A DNA stretch of 64,000 nt from Eledone cirrhosa (lineage: Eukaryota). The DNA lies in contig OZ024754.1 of assembly GCA_964016885.1 (NCBI GenBank), positions 34,534,001 to 34,598,000 on the forward strand. The letters are read 5' to 3'. Both the position numbers and the translations under genes were made by a program. The first letter of the stretch is position 1. Each line of letters begins with the position of its first letter. Of the stretch, positions 10,769-28,618 are shown one piece after another. Below the pieces are notes generated by a model. That model had not been told where the DNA came from. It saw nothing but the letters and a program-made list of their open reading frames with translations, and ran no database searches.

Positions 10769-13700
10769 CACTGTTGTGGCCATGCTGTGATAACATTGTT
10801 GTGGCCATGCTGTGATAACATTGTTGTGGCCATGCTGTGATCACACTGTTGTGGCCATGCTGTGATAACTGTTGTGGCCATGCTGTGATCACACTGTTGT
10901 GGCCATGTTATGATCACACTGTTGTGGCCATGCTGTGATAACACTGTTGTGGCCATGCTGTGATCACACTGTTGTGGCCATGCTGTGATAACACTGTTGT
11001 GGCCATGCTGTGATAACACTGTTGTGGCCATGCTGTGATAACACTGTTGTGGCCATGCTGTGATAACACTATTGTGGCCATGCTGTGATCACACTGTTGT
11101 GGCCATGCTGTGATCACACTGTTGTGGCCATGCTGTGATAACTGTTGTGGCCATGCTGTGATAACTGTTGTGGCCATGCTGTGATCACACTGTTGTGGCC
11201 ATGTTATGATCACACTGTTGTGGCCATGCTGTGATCACACTGTTGTGGCCATGCTGTGATAACACTGTTGTGGCCATGCTGTGATCACACTGCTGTGGCC
11301 ATGCTGTGATAACTGTTGTGGCCATGCTGTGATCACACTGTTGTGGCCATGTTATGATAACACTGTTGTGGCCATGCTGTGATAACACTGTTGTGGCCAT
11401 GCTGTGATAACACTGTTGTGGCCATGCTGTGATAACTGTTGTGGCCATGCTGTGATAACACTGTTGTGGCCATGCTGTGATCACACTGTTGTGGCCATGC
11501 TGTGATAACACTGTTGTGGCCATGCTGTGATAACACTGTTGTGGCCATGCTGTGATAACACTGTTGTGGCCATGCTGTGATAACACTGTTGTGGCCATGC
11601 TGTGATCACACTGCTGTGGCCATGCTGTGATAACTGTTGTGGCCATGCTGTGATAACTGTTGTGGCCATGCTGTGATCACACTGTTGTGGCCATGCTGTG
11701 ATAACACTGTTGTGGCCATGCTGTGATAACACTGTTGTGGCCATGCTGTGATAACACTGTTGTGGCCATGCTGTGATAACTGTTGTGGCCATGCTGTGAT
11801 AACACTGTTGTGGCCATGCTGTGATAACACTGTTGTGGCCATGCTGTGATAACTGTTGTGGCCATGCTGTGATCACACTGTTGTGGCCATGCTGTGATCA
11901 CACTGTTGTGGCCATGCTGTGATAACTGTTGTGGCCATGCTGTGATAACACTGTTGTGGCCATGCTGTGATAACACTGTTGTGGCCATGCTGTGATAACA
12001 CTGTTGTGGCCATGCTGTGATAACACTGTTGTGGCCATGCTGTGATAACACTGTTGTGGCCATGCTGTGATAACACTGTTGTGGCCATGCTGTGATAACA
12101 CTGTTGTGGCCATGCTGTGATCACACTGTTGTGGCCATGCTGTGATCACACTGTTGTGGCCATGCTGTGATCACACTGTTGTGGCCATGCTGTGATAACT
12201 GTTGTGGCCATGCTGTGATAACACTGTTGTGGCCATGCTGTGATCACACTGTTGTGGCCATGCTGTGATAACTGTTGTGGCCATGCTGTGATAACACTGT
12301 TGTGGCCATGCTGTGATAACACTGTTGTGGCCATGCTGTGATCACACTGTTGTGGCCATGTTGTGATCACACTGTTGTGGCCATGCTGTGATAACACTGT
12401 TGTGGCCATGCTGTGATAACACTTGTGGCCATGCTGTGATAACACTGTTGTGGCCATGCTGTGATAACTGTTGTGGCCATGTTATGATCACACTGTTGTG
12501 GCCATGCTGTGATAACATTGTTGTGGCCATGCTGTGATCACACTGCTGTGGCCATGCTGTGATAATTGTTGTGGCCATGCTGTGATAACACTGTTGTGGC
12601 CATGCTGTGATAACACTGTTGTGGCCATGCTGTGATAACACTGTTGTGGCCATGCTGTGATAACACTGTTGTGGCCATGCTGTGATAACACTATTGTGGC
12701 CATGCTGTTGTGGCCATGCTGTGATAACTGTTGTGGCCATGCTGTGATCACACTGCTGTGGCCATACTGTTGTGGCCATGCTGTGATAACACTGTTGTGG
12801 CCATGCTGTGATCACACTGCTGTGGCCATGCTGTGATCACACTGTTGTGGCCATGCTGTGATCACACTGGTGGCCATGCTGTGATAACACTTGTGGCCAT
12901 GCTGTGATAACACTGTTGTGGCCATGCTGTGATCACACTGCTGTGGCCATGCTGTGATAACTGTTGTGGCCATGCTGTGATAACTGTTGTGGCCATGCTG
13001 TGATCACACTGCTGTGGCCACACTGTTGTGGCCATGCTGTGATAACACTGTTGTGGCCATGCTGTGATAACACTGTTGTGGTCATGCTGTGATAACACTG
13101 TTGTGGTCATGCTGTGATAACACTGTTGTGGCCATGCTGTGATAACTGTTGTGGCCATGTTGTGATAACTGTTGTGGCCATGCTGTGATAACACTGTTGT
13201 GGCCATGCTGTGATAACTGTTGTGGCCATGCTGTGATAACACTGTTGTGGCCATGCTGTGATAACACTGTTGTGGCCATGCTGTGATAACACTGTTGTGG
13301 TCATGCTGTGATAACTGTTGTGGCCATGCTGTGATAACTGTTGTGGCCATGCTGTGATAACTGTTGTGGCCATGCTGTGATAACACTGTTGTGGCCATGC
13401 TGTGATAACTGTTGTGGCCATGCTGTGATAACACTGTTGTGGCCATGCTGTGATAACACTGTTGTGGTCATGCTGTGATCACACTGCTGTGGCCACACTG
13501 TTGTGGCCATGCTGTGATAACACTGTTGTGGCCATGCTGTGATAACTGTTGTGGCCATGCTGTGATAACACTGTTGTGGTCATGCTGTGATCACACTGCT
13601 GTGGCCATGCTGTGATAACTGTTGTGGCCATGCTGTGATAACACTGTTGTGGTCATGCTGTGATCACACTGTTGTGGCCATGCTGTGATAACACTGTTGT

Positions 13701-14251
13701 GGCCATGCTGTGATAACTGTTGTGGCCATGCTGTGATAACACTGTTGTGGTCATGCTGTGATCACACTGCTGTGGCCATGCTGTGATAACTGTTGTGGCC
13801 ATGCTGTGATAACACTGTTGTGGTCATGCTGTGATCACACTGTTGTGGCCATGCTGTGATAACTGTTGTGGCCATGCTGTTATCACACTATTGTGGCCAT
13901 GCTGTGATAACTGTTGTGGCCATGCTGTGATCACACTGTTGTGGCCATGCTGTGATAACACTGTTGTGGCCATGCTGTGATCACACTGTTGTGGCCATGC
14001 TGTGATCACACTGTTGTGGCCATGCTGTGATAACTGTTGTGGCCATGCTGTGATCACACTGTTGTGGCCATGCTGTGATAACACTGTTGTGGCCATGCTG
14101 TGATCACACTGTTGTGACCATGCTGTGATAACTGTTGTGGCCATGCTGTGATCACACTGTTGTGGCCATGCTGTGATAACACTGTTGTGGCCATGCTGTG
14201 ATCACACTGTTGTGGCCATGCTGTGATAACACTGTTGTGGCCATGCTGTGA
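10769..14251. repeat. Tandem satellite, 25-bp unit CACTGTTGTGGCCATGCTGTGATAA with 23-bp and GATCA variants, ~140 copies
   Basis: Direct head-to-tail repetition over ~3.5 kb with no unique spacers. Confidence 0.98.
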
Positions 14252-14349
14252 AGTTACTTTATCGATCTTTACGGTTGCAACTTGACATTGGTAAACACAA
14301 ATATAGACACAGATGTACACAGTGAGACGCATATAGGAATATATATATA

Positions 14350-14615
14350 GTGGTCGTGGAGGTGCCACGGCAAAAAAAGCACCCAACCCACACTGTAAAG
14401 TGGAAGTGTAGGGGTCATGTAAAAAAACACCCAACACTCACTGTAAATGAGGTTGGTGTTAGGAAGGGCATCCGGCTGTAGAAATCAAGCTAGAATCAGT
14501 TGCCGTATGAGCAAGACAAGGTCAGCCAACCGGACACTGCCCACAACAGGACAACCCGTCTAACCCATGCTAGCGTGGAAGAACGGACGCAAAACGGTGA
14601 TGATGATGATGATGA
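14350..14615 (+). mobile_element. RTE/SINE 3'-tail element; second copy at ~15625-15880
   Basis: GGTGCCACG..AAAAGCACCC..CACTGTAAA modules, AGGAAGGGCATCC.GCTGTAGAAA, CCCATGCTAGCGTGG, (ATG)n end. Confidence 0.8.
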
Positions 14616-14730
14616 TTATATATATATATATATATACACATATATATATGTACTACCAAAATTAGATTAAAGATGTCAAGTCTGAGAATATCAGAAGCAT
14701 ATGCCATATCTCCATTTATATATATGTGTG

Positions 14731-14784
<54 letters not shown>

Positions 14785-14786
<2 letters not shown>

Positions 14787-15322
14787 AGAGTATTGAAGTT
14801 TGCTTGAAGCATTGTGGAATAATAAGGTAAATTTCTTTAAGTTGTTTGGAAGCTTCGACAATGCAAATGGGTAAATCTCCGGGTAACAAGGTCCGGTGGT
14901 GGAGAGAGAGATGTAAGTGGGTGTACGTTGAGATGCGTGGCGTGTATAAGACGTGTAGAGGAATGAAGGAAAGAGCGTAAAGGATAAAAATAAAAATAAA
15001 ATGAATATTCAAAACAACGAACAGCGGAGGACACGTTTCGCACCTTTCCGACAGACAACCCCCCCCCCCCCCCCCGGAAAAAAACCCCAGTTGATGGATA
15101 TGAATCCGAAATATATAGGGACAATTAAATCTCTCCCAAGGTAACTCTCTCTCGTGTTGTTATTTTTATCCTTTACGCTCTTTCCTTCATTCCTCTACAC
15201 GTCTTATACACGCCACGCATCTCAATGTACACCCACTTACATCTCTCTCTCCACCACCGGATCTTGTTACCCGGAGATTTACCCATTTGCATTGTCGAGG
15301 CTTCCAAACGACTTAAAGAAAT
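14785..15322. mobile_element. Fold-back element in (TA)n, ~165-bp inverted arms; probable Penelope-like-derived
   Basis: 14831-14996 is the reverse complement of 15159-15322; the spacer contains GCGAAACGTGTCC on the minus strand; (TA)n on both sides; related copy at 17149-17605. Confidence 0.7.
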
Positions 15323-16129
15323 ATATATATATATTTAAATTTATTAGATAGGAACTGGAAGCTTGTGTATGTATGTGTGTATCATCGACATCATCATGTA
15401 ATGTCCGTTAAGTAATGATGATGATACATCATACATATCAATCGTTTATTTTTCTGGGGGACTTTTAATTGTTTTAGTTAAGCTTAATGATAAAACCTTA
15501 ATGATGTATTGTTTAAATTTGCTTGTTTTCCAACTTTCTGTCTGTCTGTCTACCTTTCCTGTTGAATGACCGTTGCTCTGTAGTCCTGCAGTGAATGCGT
15601 TCAGCATATTTAGCTGTCGCAAGGTGGTCGTGGAGGTGCCACGGCAAAAAAAGCACCCAGCCCACACTGTAAAGTGGACGTGTAGGCGCCACGAAAAAGC
15701 ACCCAGCACTCACTGTAAATGAGGTTTGTGTTTGGAAGGGCATCCAGCTGTAGAAATCAAGCCAGAATCAGTTCCTGTATGAACAAGGCATGGTCAGCCG
15801 ACCAGACACTGCCCACAACAGGACAACCCGTCTAACACATGCTAGCGTGGAAGAACGGACGTAAAACGGTGATGATGATGAACTGATACCAACAGCATTG
15901 CAGGAAAGCTGAACAACGTAATTCAGGAAAACCATTTATTCTGTTCTCTACACAACTTCTAAGCTAGCCACTACATGGTAGATTCTAAGTTTAAAGTCTG
16001 TCTCAAACCTGGAGGCTCATCAGATCAGTGCTTATCCTAGTTTCTGTGGCATGAAGCAACCAAGACTACAAGACTCCCCTTCTCTAATTGTATCATCTGC
16101 CCTCCCTCCTAGTAACCCACACCACTGGC

Positions 16130-16332
16130 CATGACACACTTGTGTTACACATGGGGCTGCGACAACCCTGAGCTACACCAGGAGCAGTAACACTCTTGAG
16201 CTACACATGTAGCTGTGACACCCTTGAGCTTCACCTGTGGCTGTGACGCCCCCCCCCCCCCCCCCGGTTACATAAGGGGCTGTGACACCCCTGCGTTACA
16301 CAAGGGGCTGTGACACCCCTGGGCTACACATC
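16130..16332. repeat. Degenerate 28-bp minisatellite (GTGACACCCCTGCGTTACACAAGGGGCT) running into the gap
   Basis: Period 28 between 16282 and 16310; about six more diverged units upstream. Confidence 0.75.
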
Positions 16333-16336
16333 AATC

Positions 16337-16536
16337 NNNNNNNNNNNNNNNNNNNNNNNNNNNNNNNNNNNNNNNNNNNNNNNNNNNNNNNNNNNNNNNN
16401 NNNNNNNNNNNNNNNNNNNNNNNNNNNNNNNNNNNNNNNNNNNNNNNNNNNNNNNNNNNNNNNNNNNNNNNNNNNNNNNNNNNNNNNNNNNNNNNNNNNN
16501 NNNNNNNNNNNNNNNNNNNNNNNNNNNNNNNNNNNN
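16337..16536. other. Assembly gap (200 N)
   Basis: Run of N. Confidence 1.
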
Positions 16537-16710
16537 AAGAGCTCCTTTGCCCTTTGACAGGTTTTGTTTTTAGTCCTGCAGGATGTCCAAAGTCACCCTC
16601 CTCACCAAGAAACCTTGGTGGGGTTGCCAGTTTAGTCGCCAACGACCCGACCATGGGACAGGTTGTACTGGGATACATGTTACCAGTAGCACCAACTGGT
16701 GACCTGACAT
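16537..16710. repeat. Unclassified interspersed repeat; inverted copy at ~28103-28265
   Basis: CCCTTTGACAGGTTTTGTTTTT..TCCTGCAGG...CTCACCAA...TACATGTTACCAGTAG...GACCTGACATA matches the reverse complement of 28103-28265. Confidence 0.7.
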
Positions 16711-16711
16711 A

Positions 16712-16769
<58 letters not shown>

Positions 16770-17148
16770 GTATATATGTATGTATGTATATATATATGTA
16801 TGTATGTATATATATATATGTATGTATATATATATGTATGTGTATATATGTATGTATGTATATATATGTGTATGTATGTATATATATGTATATATATGTA
16901 TATATATATATAAGTATATATATGTATATATATGTATATATGTATATATATGTATATATGTATATATATGTATATATATATATATAAGTATATATATGTA
17001 TATATATGTATATATATATATATAAGTATATATATGTATATATATATATAAGTATATATATGTATATATATGTATATATATATATAAGTATATATGTATA
17101 TATATATATATATGTATATATGTATATATATATATATATATATATAAA

Positions 17149-17605
17149 TATCTTTAAGTCGTTTGGAAGCCTCGACAATGCAAATGGGTAAATCTCCGGG
17201 TAACAAGATCCGGTGGTGGAGAGAGAGATGTAAGTGGGTGTACGTTGAGATGCGTGGTGTGTAAAGATGTGTAAATCTGTAGAAGAATGAAGGGAAGAGT
17301 ATAAAGGATAAAAATAAAATAACAACACAAGAGAGAGTTACCTTGGGAGAGATTTAATAGTCCCTATATATTTCGGATTCACATCCATCAAATGGGGTTT
17401 TTTTTTCCATTTCGGATTCACATCCATCAAATGGGGTTTTTTTTCCGGGGTAAAGGTTGTCTGTCGGACAGGTGCGAAACGCCTTCTCCACTTTTTGTTG
17501 TTTTTAATATCAATATTCAAATATTGATATTAAAAACAACAAACAGCGGAGGACGCGTTTCGCACCTGTCCGACAGACAACCTTTACCCTGGAAAAAACC
17601 CCCCT
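17149..17605. mobile_element. Second copy of the 14785 fold-back family, with a different terminal hairpin (17433-17517 / 17520-17604)
   Basis: 17149-17320 matches 14831-14996; internal ~38-bp tandem duplication; GCGAAACGCGTCCTCC on the minus strand; embedded in (TA)n arrays. Confidence 0.7.
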
Positions 17606-21910
<4,305 letters not shown>

Positions 21911-22400
21911 AGATAAATCTACCAAGAGTTTACGGTAGTGTCCAATCCGTATGAAGAACTCAATGTAATCCGGATATCATGGAAAGAAGAGATGCAATGA
22001 AAAATCACTTTCGGTGAAAGATAAACGGAATACAGAGTGAAGATAAAATATTAAAAAAATAATGAATAAAACAATGAAACAGTTCCTTATATTAAACAAA
22101 AAAGTTCATCATTTAACGATCGTTTCTAGGATATATATGTGTTAGAATTGGCATGCATATTCAACAGATCTATGTACAAAATCGTACATTATTTCTGAAG
22201 ACGGCATATATATGTGTTGGTATGTATATTTAATTTTGATAGTTTGTATAATTTTGTATAATTTTGTACATAGATCTGTTGAATATGCATGCCAATTCTA
22301 ACACATATATATCCTAGAAACGATCGTTAAATGATGAACTTTTTTTGTTTAATATAAGGAACTGTTTCATTGTTTTATTCATTATTTTTTTTTATATTTT
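21911..22400. mobile_element. Fold-back hammerhead-bearing element between two (TA)n arrays
   Basis: Inverted arms ~22053-22182 / 22261-22390; unique extension 21911-22052. Confidence 0.75.
22187..22336 (+). ncRNA. Putative type I hammerhead ribozyme with long stem II
   Basis: Stem I CATTATTT(22187-94)/AAATGATG(22329-36); core CTGAAGA 22195-22201; stem II ATATATATGTGTTGG/CTAACACATATATAT; GAAA-C-GATC-G-TT, predicted GUU cleavage after 22328. Confidence 0.65.
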
Positions 22401-22433
22401 ATATGTATATATATATATGTATATATATATATG

Positions 22434-22464
<31 letters not shown>

Positions 22465-22605
22465 GTATATATATATATGTATATATATATGTATATATAT
22501 ATATGTATATATATGTATATATATGTATATATATATATATGTATATATATATGTATATATATATGTGTATATATATGTATATATATATGTATATATGTAT
22601 ATATG

Positions 22606-22684
<79 letters not shown>

Positions 22685-23165
22685 GTATATATATATATGT
22701 ATATATATATATGTATATATATATATGTATATATATATATGTATATATATATATGTATATATATATATGTATATATATATATGTATATATATATATGTAT
22801 ATATATATGTATATATATATGTATATATATATGTATATATATATGTATATATATATGTATATATATATGTATATATATATGTATATGTATATGTATATGT
22901 ATGTATATATGTATATATGTGTATATATATGTGTATATATATATGTATATATATGTATATATATATGTGTATATGTATATATATGTGTATATGTATATAT
23001 ATGTGTATATGTATATATATGTATATATATGTGTATATGTATATATATGTATATATATGTGTATATATATATGAATATATGTGTATATATATATGTATAT
23101 ATATGTATATGTATATATATGTATGTATATGTATATATATGTATATATATGTATATATATATATG

Positions 23166-23196
<31 letters not shown>

Positions 23197-23230
23197 GTAT
23201 ATATATATATGTATATATACATATATGTAT

Positions 23231-23276
<46 letters not shown>

Positions 23277-23279
23277 GTA

Positions 23280-23339
<60 letters not shown>

Positions 23340-23345
23340 GTATAT

Positions 23346-23391
<46 letters not shown>

Positions 23392-23394
23392 GTA

Positions 23395-23454
<60 letters not shown>

Positions 23455-23827
23455 GTATATATATATATGTATATATATATATGTATATATATATATGTAT
23501 ATATATATATGTATATATATATATGTATATATATATATGTATATATATATATATGTATATATATATATGTATATATATATATATGTATATATATGTATAT
23601 ATATATGTATATATATATATGTATATATATATATTTATATATATATATGTATATATATATATGTATATATATATATGTATATATATATATGTATATATAT
23701 ATATGTATATATATATATGTATATATATATATGTATATATATATATGTATATATATATATGTATATATATATGTGTATATATATATGTATATATATATAT
23801 ATGTATATGTATATATGTATATATATG

Positions 23828-23858
<31 letters not shown>

Positions 23859-23874
23859 GTGTATATATATATAT

Positions 23875-23918
<44 letters not shown>

Positions 23919-24481
23919 GTGTATATATGTGTATATATATATGTATATATATATGTGTATATATATGTGTATATATATATGTGTATATATATATGTATAT
24001 ATATATATGTGTATATATATATGTATATATATATGTATACATATATATATGTATATATATATGTATACATATATATATGTATATATATATGTATACATAT
24101 ATATATGTATATATATATGTATACATATATATATGTATATATATATGTATACATATATATATGTATATATATATGTATACATATATATATGTATATATAT
24201 ATGTATACATATATATATGTATATATATATGTATACATATATATATGTATATATATATGTATACATATATATATGTATATATATATGTATACATATATAT
24301 ATGTATATACATATGTATACATATATGTATACATATATATATATGTATATACATATGTATATATATATGTATACATATATATATATGTATATACATATGT
24401 ATACATATATATATGTATACATATATATATATATGTATATATATATATATGTATATATATATATGTATATATATATATGTA
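22401..24481. repeat. Compound (TA)n/(TATATG)n microsatellite array, ~2.1 kb
   Basis: Direct inspection. Confidence 0.98.
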
Positions 24482-24530
24482 TGAAATCTCAGCCTAATTA
24501 CATCCGTATGCCGGAGATCTCCCATTTTTG

Positions 24531-24731
24531 GAGAGTGGGCTGAAAAGTTCATAGGCTGACCATAAGGGAGTGGATGGTAGAACAGTGAAATCATAATGTA
24601 GTACTTTCAACTCTTTTTGTCAATAACTTGCATTGTTTCTATTCAGGGATTATGTTGAAAAATAAGCCTCCTTTGTTCATTCCATAACAATAAACTTGCT
24701 CAGTCAATGAACTTTTTATCGGTTCCTCGTA
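24531..24731. mobile_element. Mariner-like MITE remnant
   Basis: Imperfect TIRs GAGAGTGGGCTGAAAAGTTCAT / ATGAACTTTTTATCGGTTCCTCG-TA. Confidence 0.5.
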
Positions 24732-25223
24732 ATTCCACCCCTTCACTGGTGACCCTCGCTGTCTTACTCCATGCGTTTACTGGTGACCTCTATTCTAATT
24801 CTATCCTAACACAGGAGCTCCCAAGTCTCATTTCACTCATACACGGGAAACCACAGTCAAATTCCATCGTCTACACTGGAGACTCCCCCCCCCCCCCCAA
24901 TCCAGTTTCATCGGGATATTAGTGACCACTGTCTAATTTTTACTGTTCGGTTAGCCTTTTAGTATGTACGACACTGCGTAAAGAAGGTCATGTATAATAT
25001 TTATAACTACATTTGTAAGATTATGTAAGAACCTATTCATTTTCTTAATCGACTATATTACTGACTATATATAGTAATAATAATAAATTTGAAGACTAAA
25101 ATCCAAAGAGGGCTCGATCAGGATAAATATATATCAAATATATAAGAACCGTAGAGCAAACATTTATTAAAATAACAGATTAAAATTTAAGCAGCGATTC
25201 TTTGCTTAAACTTTAATCTGTTA

Positions 25224-25276
<53 letters not shown>

Positions 25277-25678
25277 AGCAATCATTGGGGGAATCCTTCA
25301 TATTAATAATGATAATAATAATATACGTTGGATGTAGGATCGACTTCAATTATTATGACGAATAAAGTTTCGTTTAACAAAAGAATGCAAGAATTTACAT
25401 ACACGTATTATATATGTATATGTATATATATGTACTACACATTTATACATTATACACATACCTGTGCATGTATGTGTGTAAGTAGGTATGAATGCGAAAT
25501 GGTAGAGTCGTTAGAGCGTCGTAGACAATGAATGCCCTGCGGTATTGTTTTCAACCCTCTGCGCACCGAGTTCAAATTCCATCGAGGTCAACACTGCTTT
25601 TAATCCCTTGGGACTCGATAAATAAAATTGATTCATCTTCTTTCTGTCTGACACGCCACTCTCTCTCTATGTATATAT

Positions 25679-25822
25679 ACAGGTAAAATTCTGTTATAAC
25701 GAATACCATTATACCGAGATTTTCAGTATAACGAATTTTTATCAACCCTCGAGGTAGTAACAAACAAACGCTCGATTTGTTTCGGTCGATCTCGTTATAA
25801 AGAATTTTTCATATAACAGAAT
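25679..25822. mobile_element. Pogo/Tigger-like MITE remnant
   Basis: TA-CAGGTAAAATTCTGTTATAACGAA start with repeated GTTATAACGA motifs and a partly complementary right end. Confidence 0.4.
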
Positions 25823-25824
25823 AA

Positions 25825-25865
<41 letters not shown>

Positions 25866-26460
25866 TCCTCTCCTGTCAAAATGTTTGGTTGCGATTGATA
25901 ACCATTTTTTTTTATTTGTATTTTAAATGGAAGACTAGTCCTGAATTTTATTATGGTGATAATCTTGCTTATATTTTTGCTGGTGTGGCTTCTTACTAGT
26001 TCTTTGCTGTAATAAGACGGTGTAGTGCAACATTGTGGCCCGTGTCTACAAGTTTTTTTTATACGAGACGAAAGTTACTTTAAACAAGTACTTCTCAAAA
26101 CTGGTTTCTTTTAATCACTTCAAGTTGCTTTTTAATATTCTATTTTTTGCTCAGTTTATCATTCTTAAATCAATATTATTTCTTCTTCTTCTTTTTCTTC
26201 TTTTTCTTTTTCTTTTTCTTTCCATAGCTCCTTCCCACTAGCAGCCACTGTTCTCCATTTCTCTTCTAATTCCAAACACTCCCATTCACCCCCCCCCTGT
26301 CTACCTGTAAGTTTATTTCTCTCGTTCTCCCAATCTTCTCTCTACCCATCTATTTTTCTAAATTTGGATTATTACTGTGTTAATACATATATATATATAT
26401 ATATACACACACACAAACATATATAATATAATACACATATATATATCTGTATATATATAT

Positions 26461-26792
26461 GGAGGCACATGGCTTAGTGGTTAGAGCATTGGCCTTGCAA
26501 TCGAAAGGTTGTGAGTTCAATTCTCAGACTGGGTGATGTGTTGTTTCCTTGAGCAAGACACTTTATTTCACATTGCTCCAGTTTACTCAGCTGTAGAAAT
26601 GAGATTGCAGACTGGGGTCCCTATCATTCCACTGCAAAGTCATCGTGGAGGTGCCACGGAAAAAAAGCACCCAGCACTCACTGTAAATGAGGTTGGTGTT
26701 AGGAAGGGCATCCAGCTGTAGAAATCAAGCCAGAATCAGTTCCCGTCCCACCCTTGCAAGCAGGGAAAAGCGGACGTAAAATGATGATGATG
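26461..26792 (+). mobile_element. Full-length tRNA-derived SINE
   Basis: Pol III A box TGGCTTAGTGG, B box GAGTTCAATTC, central CTTGAGCAAGACACTTTATTTCAC domain, RTE-like tail and (ATG)n; multiple near-identical copies in the window. Confidence 0.9.
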
Positions 26793-26961
26793 ATATATAT
26801 ATAGATATATATTATGTTTGTGTAAAGTATACACACATATATATGCGTATTATAATACGCATATATGTGTGTGTGTGTGTGTATACATATACACACATAC
26901 ATATATGCACACAATGACTTCTGGAATTGGAAAAATGGACGTAAAACGATGATGATGATAA

Positions 26962-27643
26962 TGTGGTGTAGATAAATCTGGAATTTTTACATTAGAACAG
27001 CACCGTCACGTCACAGCACTGAGGTTTTAAGAGTGCCATTAGAAAGTACTACACTTTAGTAGGTATCTGGCCATTGACACGCGAGGTGCTTAGTGTTTTC
27101 AGAATATAATCATCGAGCTGCTGTTGTGGAGAGCCTTTATGTTGTCCACAAAGCTAAGGAAATGATTGAATGGTTTAAATACCCTCAGATGACAAGGACA
27201 ATTTCAGAATATAAGACTCATAAGAAGCACTCTGGCACCACCAGAATGCCCGAGTTCATTGTCGAGGTTGTCAGGGGGAAAATTGCCAAGGAAATGGACA
27301 TGAACAAGCTGGCCTATTGTCAAGGAGGACTTGAATTATAAATCTTATATGCTCAAGAGGTGCCACTTGCTAACCAATGTGCTGAAGGAGGGGAGGAAGA
27401 CTGTAATCCTCTTGGCTATTTTGTGTGGGATGTCATGGAGAGGCAGGGTACAGCAGGCCCTACAACACCAAGGAAGCTCTTAAGGCAGCCATCAGGGACG
27501 CCGTCACCAAGGCCTGTTCCGGTCCAGCCTGGAGAAAGTGGTGGCCACATTGAGTAATTTTAGTACCCTATATATGTGTCTAACTATGTATAAAGTTTGA
27601 TTGAAATATATTAATTTGTTCTGGATTTATCTGCACCACACTG
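26962..27643 (+). mobile_element. Internally deleted Tc1/mariner DNA transposon
   Basis: TIRs TGTGGTGTAGATAAATCTGGAA / TTCTGGATTTATCTGCACCACACTG-TA; residual transposase peptide DCNPLGYFVWDVMER (SPDCNPLDY.VW-type motif). Confidence 0.8.
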
Positions 27644-28618
27644 TATATGGAGTTAACGAAAGAGAGTTAATACTGCCAAGTAATAATATTTTCAAACTCA
27701 ATGTGTTAATGTCATTATAGGTAGAAAGATGTTGTTTTAAGCATAGAAGAAATAAAGCACATATAACACAGAACATATAAACCAAATTGAGATGACAGAA
27801 TAGAGCTCTTAAACTTTTAATAGCTTTACAAATGTTTCAATACATCTTCTTCAACTAATGCTTATGTTATTTCAATTTAGTTTAAGAGAGGAAAAATATA
27901 TATTGAGTACAACAAAACATCATTAAATATTGTTCATCTTCAGAAACAATATAAATGATTATACAATGACCTGGGATTCTAAAAGCCTGAAAGAAAAAAA
28001 ATTGTTGTACCTTTGGAGAACTTTTCTCCTTGGGCTCGTGGAATCCCAGGTAATTATACAATGAAAAGTTGTACATTCAAAGGACTATGTATATATGTAT
28101 GTATGTCAGGTCTCTCTTCAGCACTACTGGTAACATGTACCTGAGTACAAGCTGTGCATAGTCGGGTTGTTGGCTACTAAACCGGCGACTCCACCAAGCT
28201 TGTTTGGTGAGGAAGGTGATTTTGAACAGCCTGCAGGATGAAAAACAAAACCTGTCAAAGGGCGGAATGGACGCAGAAGAGTCAATGGCCATTCAATAAA
28301 ATTTTTTTTTTTTTGTGGAGTGAGAGACTCCTAGTCTTCATCAAGACATCTCTCTAGGAGAAGGTCACTCTGCTGTAAAACCATCTGCATCCAATGATGT
28401 AGACCAGTTATACATTTTGGGTAAATACATTCGATATTTAGAGAGAGGGATTGGACCCATGCAAAGCTTTTCCTCACTTGAAAAAGCTTCAAGCACAGGC
28501 ATCGCTTGATATGTGACATTTTTTGCGATGCATTACTCAAAATTGAGTTGCAGCCATCATCATATGTATGTATGTATGTATATTGACCAAATTATATCAC
28601 TAAAATTATACTGGGGAG

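Noticed and set aside
10759-14437. MATTV/QHGHN/WPQQ repeat ORFs, and CRISPR-like regularity
   Set aside because: Pure tandem satellite with frame-breaking 23/25-bp units, no unique spacers, no cas genes, eukaryotic context.
15086-15121. CCC..TTGATGGATATGAATCCGAAATATATAGGG hammerhead-like fold
   Set aside because: The core is not CUGANGA in either copy of the family.
26461-26535. tRNA gene-like sequence (also 49236, 50170-50243, 53233)
   Set aside because: These are SINE heads: A/B boxes run into a repeat body and tail; no complete cloverleaf or terminator.
27818-27860. Minus-strand TTGAAGA...GAAACATTTGTA (similar weak cases at ~43950, ~45930, ~58660)
   Set aside because: Core mutated or stems unpaired; may be fossil hammerheads but cannot be supported by eye.
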